DNA of 64,000 bases, taken from Lama guanicoe. Lineage: Eukaryota. The stretch lies in the NCBI GenBank assembly GCA_013239625.1, contig MU053557.1, positions 1,867,063 to 1,931,062 on the forward strand, given 5' to 3'. How positions within the stretch are numbered: the stretch's first letter is position 1; each line of letters opens with the position of its first letter. The translations under genes and the position numbers were made by a program. This document shows positions 57,425 to 64,000 of the stretch, one piece after another. The notes under the pieces were generated by a model. That model was not told the DNA's origin and did no database searches. It saw only the letters and a list, made by a program, of their open reading frames with translations.

Positions 57425-58964
57425 TCAAATACCTGCCCAGGTCAAAAACTAGAACTTTGCCACCTATTCCCTAAGATCCCTCCAATAGCCTCATTCTGAC
57501 CCCACCCCTGCTCCCCTTCTGCACATCCTCACTTTTAGAATAATGACTTTCTTACATTCTTTTATGGTCTTTATCACCCAAATGTACAACCCTAAAACTA
57601 TGGTTTAGTCTGGTCCATTTGAAAAAAAGATAATACGTCTTAAGATGAAGGTACAATTTGAGCAATAAAATCACCATCACCATCATCGCCACCATCACCA
57701 CCATCATCGTGGTTTATAGAACAGGTCTTGTGAACAAGCGTGAATTCAAAATGACTCAAAATAGAAAAGACAATACAACGCCTGCTCAAAAGATCACTGC
57801 AATAGAAAATGGTGGCTGTACGAGATCATGTTTATTTTGTATTGAGCTTAATAATTAGGAGGCTTTGCTGTTTCTTCTATTAATCTTGTATGTTTGTAGA
57901 ACACAGTCATATGCCTGCTCTACCTGTTAAGAAGAAGAAACATTGGAAACTGTAAGCCAAGTAGCCCCGGAAAAAGCAGATGCCAAGAACACGAAGGACG
58001 ATTCCGTCTGGGTAGGCGCCCACGGTACCCAACCAGAAAGCTGGTTCCGCGGTGTTGGCCAGTAGGATGCATCAGCCAGTGACCTGCAAAGGAGTGCTAA
58101 CTACACAGACTCAACCTCCCAAGTCCTAGGAGACTGAGTCTCAATGAGAATAAGGGAGATGTAAGGTTTTAATGCCGAGAAACAAAATCAATATTTGAGT
58201 GTGACAAGATAATGGCTTACATCCCAATGGCCATGCAATAATTTTTAAAAACCAGAGATAGATATCAGGTTGCAAAATTAAAACCTGAGGCATAAGATAA
58301 GGCCTGCAATAGTCTCACTGACATTAACAGATACAATTTGACTATAGAAAAGCTTACTGAACAAAGGTGGTTTGGGTTAGAATCACCTTGCGAGAAATGA
58401 ATAAGTACAACCAAGAATTAATCAGTCGATAAACCAAGTCCTGCAGTCTAAGCTGTTCTGATAAGGTAATCTTTTCTTCGGGGGCCACTAAGAATTTTGT
58501 GACCCAAGGAAAGGAATAAAAGTCATAATACTGATTCCCTGACAGTATGTCAAAACAAACATAGAAAAACAAGAAGGGAAATAAGAAAGTCATTAAAACC
58601 AATGATATGAATGCCTCAGAGTAAATTTAAGTGAAACTATAGCAACAAGTTCTATAGTCTTTGTTTTATGTTTATGAATTAAGGCTTTGAAGTGTTTAAA
58701 AGGATCTGCCATTCTAAATATATAGTAGCAGTTAGTTCAAATTATTTAAAATGATACGCTTAATAAATTTGTAATCAATGTTTAAAAGCCCCAAGAAAAA
58801 TTGGTTTTCAGTTTGGGGTATTAGATTTATGAGTTTAATAAATGGAGCATTAAACAAAGAACAAATGACTGTGAGTATTCATCTTCATGGGGAAACCCTT
58901 TGGATCTATTAATAAGGACCTAGACAGAAGGTAGACGTACCCTGGGCTGATTATCTATCCCTAT

Positions 58965-59500
58965 GGGACTGATGGTCCCCAAACTTACTGGCTTAAAACA
59001 ACATTTATGATCTTCCGTTTATCATCCTGGAGGCCAGGGATCCGGGCAGCATTTAGCTGAGTGGGTCTGGCTCCAGGTCTCCCACAAAGATTGCAATTAA
59101 GACATCAGGTGTGGTTGAGTCTCCAGCTCAATGAGGCAAAGAGCCCCTTCCAAGTTCATGCAAGTGGCTGTTGGCAGGATTCAGTTCCTAGCAGGTGGTT
59201 GGACAGAGGGCCCCCATTCTTTCTTGGCTATTGGCAGGAAGCCACCCTCTGTTCCTTGTCATGTGACCTCTCCACAAGGCAGCTCATGGCATGGCAGCTG
59301 GGCACTAGGGGAGAGAGCAAGGAAAGCCTGAGAAGAGTCATGGTCTTTTACAGCCCATTCTCAGAGGTGGCATCCATCATTTTCGCCCTATCCTATTGTT
59401 GGAAGCAAATCACTAAGTCTAGTTCAACTCAAGGGGATGACTACACACGGGCAGGAATACCAGGAGGTGGGGACCAATAGGACCCGTTTTAGAAACTGTC
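58965..59500 (-). mobile_element. MaLR (MLT1-like) LTR relic (others near 39430-39610, 48640-48860, 51970-52410, 54320-55030)
   Basis: CCCCAAACTTACTGGCTTAAAACAACA start and GTTGGCAGGATTCAGTTCCT motif. Confidence 0.7.
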
Positions 59501-61026
59501 TACCTGTGAAATTTCCCAAGTCACTGGCCCATAAGACAACAAGACACTGAAGGCCCTGTGTGTGCAACCAAATGTCCTGTCTCTGCAAACACCAAATCAC
59601 CAAATATTGACTGAACACCGTCCATGCAGCCGGCGCTGTAGGAGGTGCTGGGGATATGGTGATAGATGAGGCACACTTCTTGCCCTTAAAGGAGCTCATG
59701 GCTGAAAGAAGGAGACCCATAAGTAAAGGTGAGTCACTCACTCTCTACTCTCTTCCTCTCCTAGGGCACCTCTAATTTTATTTCGCAATGTTTTATTTAA
59801 ATCTCTGGTTCCCTGTGAGACTATAATGTGCCTGAGAGAGGGTACACTGTCTGTTTCATCTTCTGGCTCCTTGTGTCTTACACATGGCCTGACTCTCAGG
59901 ACATCTTCAATAATAAAACACTTTGAATCTAAAAGCAGACATGGTCAACAATCCACTAGCCATTCACATTTTAGTGTGAATTAATGGCCCAATCTTCTGA
60001 GAAACAATCGTTGACAGGGAAAGAAGTGCTTAGCCGCTGGACAAAAGGGATGCTAAGGGGAACCTCGTGGTGCTAAAGGAGATAGTGTTGAGTCTAGTTT
60101 TGTCGAGGCTCAATTTAACTGCCCCATTCCCACCTCCTACCCCGAGCAATGAGGAAGTTCTACTGCATCATGGTTCCAGGTCTTTTCTTCTCTGGGCTGT
60201 ACATGTCCCTTAATACAGGCAGTAATTATATGCCATAATTCCAACACCTGACATAACTCCATTTCTCCCTCACATAATTGCATGAATGTGAACGCTCTAT
60301 AATTACTGTGTTTAATTAGAAAATGAGGAGAAGCAACTAATGAGGACAGGTGATAAAAACAACTGCGAATATTTCTTTCAACTTTACCTTTACCATAAAA
60401 TTCACTCAGATTAAGCTCTGGTGAACCCCAGAAATGTCTTATAAATGTCACTGGCCCAGGTCTAAATGAATATTTTATACAGCACTTTATATTTTCAGAA
60501 GACTTAGCATAAGAACAACATCACCTTTCCTATAAATGTAAGCTTAATTGATGTCTTTGGAAAGGTAAATTATGTGGATTTCAAAAAGCATTTTAAACAT
60601 GCCACATTCTCTTCAAAAGGGATCTTACCTGGAAAAAAAAAAAAAGAAGCCAAAATAAAAACAAAAAAGGTAGAGTTGTTTTAGGGACAACGGTTTAAGG
60701 AGTATGGACTCTGCCCTCCCCACCCGACAGAATCTTCTGGACAGGAAGGGAGGGGGAGATAAACCATTTTAAACCACAAGTATCTTCCAAGAAGGATGGG
60801 GTCTTGAAGGGAAACTCCTGGCCCTGCAGTTCTTTGTGTGGAGGAGAAGATGGGCCTTGAGGCCTAGCCATGTTTGGGAACAGGGGCCCTGAAGATGAGT
60901 CATTCTACCTAACAGAGCAATACAAACAGCGGGTGAACAGGGGTGGAAAAGCAGAAGAGGAAGGAGGAACTAGCAGGATGGTTGAAAGTGGCCAGCACCG
61001 TCAGCAAAAGAAGTCTTGCTAAATTA

Positions 61027-61706
61027 TAAAAAACTAAAAATAGACTTACCAAATCCTCCAGCAATCCCACTCCTGGGCATGTATCTGGAGGGAACTCTAA
61101 TTTGAAAAGATATATGCACCCCAATGTTCATAGCAGCACTGTTTACAACAGCCAAGACATGGAAACAAACTAAATGCCCATCAACAGATGACTGGATAAA
61201 GAAGGGGTGTGTGTATGTGTGTGTGTGTGTATGAATACTACTCAGCCATGAAAAAGAATAAAATAATACCATTTGCAGCAACATGGGTGGACCTGGAGGT
61301 TATCATTCTAAGTGAAGTAAGCCAGAAAGAGAAAGAAAAATACCATATGATATCATCATATGTGGAATCTAAAAAGAAATACCACAAATGAACTTATTTA
61401 CAAAACAGAAACAGACTCAAGACATAGAAAACAAATTTATAGCTGCCGGGGGGGGGGGAAAGGAGGGTAAGAAAGGATAAATTGGGAGTTCGACATTTGC
61501 AGATACTAACTACCATATATAAAATAGATAAACAAGTTTCTTCTGTATAGCACAGGGAACTGTATTTGATATCTTGTAGTAACCTACAATGAAAAAGAAT
61601 ATGAAAGCAAATATAAGTATGTATATGTATGATTGAAGCATTATGCTGTACACCAGAAACTGACACAACATTGTAACCTACTATATACTTCAGTTAAAAA
61701 AAAAAA
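61027..61706 (+). mobile_element. 5'-truncated L1 (ORF2 end, 3'UTR, poly(A))
   Basis: CCAGCAATCCCACTCCTGGG, PFAATWVDLE motif, poly(A); degenerate TSD. Confidence 0.9.
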
Positions 61707-63399
61707 AAAAAGGCCTTGCCAAGTTAGTTTGTCTCATTACTACCAGACAGTATCAGCTCCCATTTTCATACAGGCTCTTACTTTCACAAAGGCCTAGCAA
61801 GGCAAGATGTTTCTGAGGATCACAGAAAGGGCCTGAGGGTTTATAGTCTGGGTAGGTGTGGCGTGGAACAGAACAGCAAGTGTGAGACTAGGAGGTAACC
61901 TCTTAACCGAATTAATTCAGCTGTTGGGACGATTCAAGGTATTAGTAAGTGTGGAGTGCTTAGAAGAGTGTCTTGCACACAGTACAGCTGATACAGGCTT
62001 GTTAAAAAAAAAAAAACAGTAAACAAATTCTGCAATACAGCCCTGACGCTGGCCCAGTTAAGCTAGCCAAGCAGAGAAACCGAGAGTCACTGGAGGAAGC
62101 AGCAAAGGGCAGCAACAGCGCCTTCCGCAAGCTGTGAAGCCAGATTCATTCATTATGCTGACTAGAGGCCGGAGATTGTAATCTCATTAATGATAAGTAC
62201 TAAGTATGTTTTTACCTTTGAGTCCGGAGGAACTAGTACAAATGCCTGAAACACAGTAGAAATCCAGTGAAAAATTGCTCAAAAAATTAATGAATGGACA
62301 GATGTTGTGCCTTTTGAAAACATGTATTTATTTAAAATGTTTTGAAATTTAAAAAAACTTAAAAAAACATTTTTAAAAGGATACAGCATTCTTTTTATTT
62401 TGACCACAGCATCACAATGTTATTTTTAACCTTCTCATTTGTTTCTAAGGCTGAAGGAATTCCTATAGTCAGAGGAGTCTTCATTGACTAGCCTTACCCT
62501 AAACTTACCCCTGACACTGCCCACCACACTGGCAATGTCTGTGGTACACAAATCAGAAAGTGGATTTTTTGTGCAAACTTATTTCCACTCATAGGCAAAA
62601 ACCTCCAATATGTTTTGCATACAGTAGGTCTTAAGCAGTATTTCTGAGTACAAAGGACAGCAGGTCAAACTCACGGCTCTACCTGACAAACATAGCCACA
62701 ATCCAACCATTCTTACCACTTCCTCCTGGAACCACACTGGCCCAGGCCACCACTAGCTGTCACCAGAATTACTGCAGTGGTCTCCTAACTGGCCTCCCAC
62801 TTCCACTTTTGCCCTATAGTCTTCTCTCAACACAGCCGTCAGAGTGGCTTATTAACACATGAATCAGATGGTGACCCTCTTCTGCTCAAAACATTTGCAT
62901 CAGTTGGCAACCAGCAACCACTCTAGGTATTTCAAAGAGAGGGAATATATATTATAGGGAATTGCTGACAAAGCTTAGTAACTGCAGGGAGCCACCACCA
63001 CCCCCAGGCTGGAGGAGCAGAAGGAATATGGCGCAACATCAAATCTGCACTCAGACACTGAAGTGACTGTGGCTGGGAGCAAGCTGCCTGAGTTCCCAGC
63101 TGCCCCTGCTGCTAGTGCAGCTGCCACGTGGGGAAGGCTGCCAGGATCCTCATCGGGAAAGACACAGAAGGCTCCTCCCTCCTCCCATCTTCCAGTCCTG
63201 CCAGTACCTCCCAGTGCAGAAACTAACAGGACGCCTGCTCGCGAGGAACTCTGGGAAGTGTAGTTTTTGCAGGTGTCCTGCCCCAGCAGTGAGAGGAAGG
63301 GGTTGAAGGAGAGTGTGAGGGGGTTCAGAAAACAGACCCCATCCAGAGCAGCACCTCACTCACAGTAACACCCTCTCTTCCAGTGGTTTCAGAGGAAGG

Positions 63400-63915
63400 C
63401 CCCCTAGCTTGTCTCCCTGCTTGCCCGCCCCACTGACACACACACACACGCTTTCCTTTCTGACCTCCACTTGTCCTCTTGCTCACAGCGCTCCAGCCAC
63501 CTTGGCTTCCTTGCTGCTCTTCAAATATACCACACTCTCCTTCCTGTGCTGTTTCCATGGATTGGAATAATCCTACCCCAGATACCTTCACAACTCACTC
63601 CCTCACCTCCTTTAAGCCTTTATTTAAAGGACACCTTCTCAATGAGGTTTCCCTCAAAATTAATTTAAAATTGCACCCCCTCCCAACTCCCCACCCCTGC
63701 ATCCAGAAGGATTTTTTTTGTGTTAAAGCATTTATCATTTTCTAACACACTGTACATTATATACATACATAGATACTTTTATCAGATATATGTTTTATTC
63801 TGTATTGTATACATATTTTTAGTTGTCTCTAAATAAATATATTTTAGTTGTCAATATCCCCCTACCAAAATGTAAGCTCCAGATTTGCAGTCCTCAATAA
63901 ATACTTGTTGATGGA
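63400..63915 (+). mobile_element. L2 relic (others near 40050-40330, 44830-45160, 48200-48520, 62650-62890)
   Basis: CTCACTCCCTCACCTCCTTTAAG...AATGTAAGCTCC...CTCAATAAATACTTGTTGA 3'-end motifs. Confidence 0.7.
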
Positions 63916-64000
63916 ATAAATAAACGTAATCATTAGTAGATGTGTTTATAATGAGACGAAAAGTATTAAAGGGTAAGGAAAATAAGCCAACAAGCTCACA

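Noticed and set aside
57670..57708. CAC/CAT triplet run (His- or Thr/Ile-rich ORF)
   Set aside because: Short degenerate microsatellite with no splice context.
43100..64000. A neighbouring gene (GRXCR2 is upstream in human, from memory) or other coding exons
   Set aside because: No recognisable protein in the ORF track or by reading; the region is mostly repeat relics. Short exons could have been missed.

Overview
Mammalian genomic DNA, probably a camelid: it carries several tRNA-Ala-derived SINEs resembling the Tylopoda Vic-1 family. The left two thirds hold the 5' part of PRELID2 on the minus strand. This comprises a CpG-island promoter and five coding exons (42423-42497, 30712-30769, 30344-30417, 28475-28635, 4678-4783), all GT-AG and phase-compatible; the last coding exon was not found and presumably lies left of the window. 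The rest is intron and intergenic DNA rich in L1, MIR, L2, LTR and DNA-transposon relics, including a dead 5-kb L1 with an assembly gap. The most unusual structure is in intron 4. A 121-bp spliced, tailless 5' fragment of RPS11 mRNA (TOP tract plus codons 1-32) sits between two nearly identical 493-bp copies of its target DNA. Its junctions create a splice acceptor and a donor that is in frame with PRELID2 exon 5. A perfect 350-bp tandem duplication lies about 400 bp away. Intron 3 holds the apparent orthologue of a human PRELID2 cassette exon, remodelled into a possible 24-nt microexon. Gene and repeat names come from recognition by eye, not from database searches.
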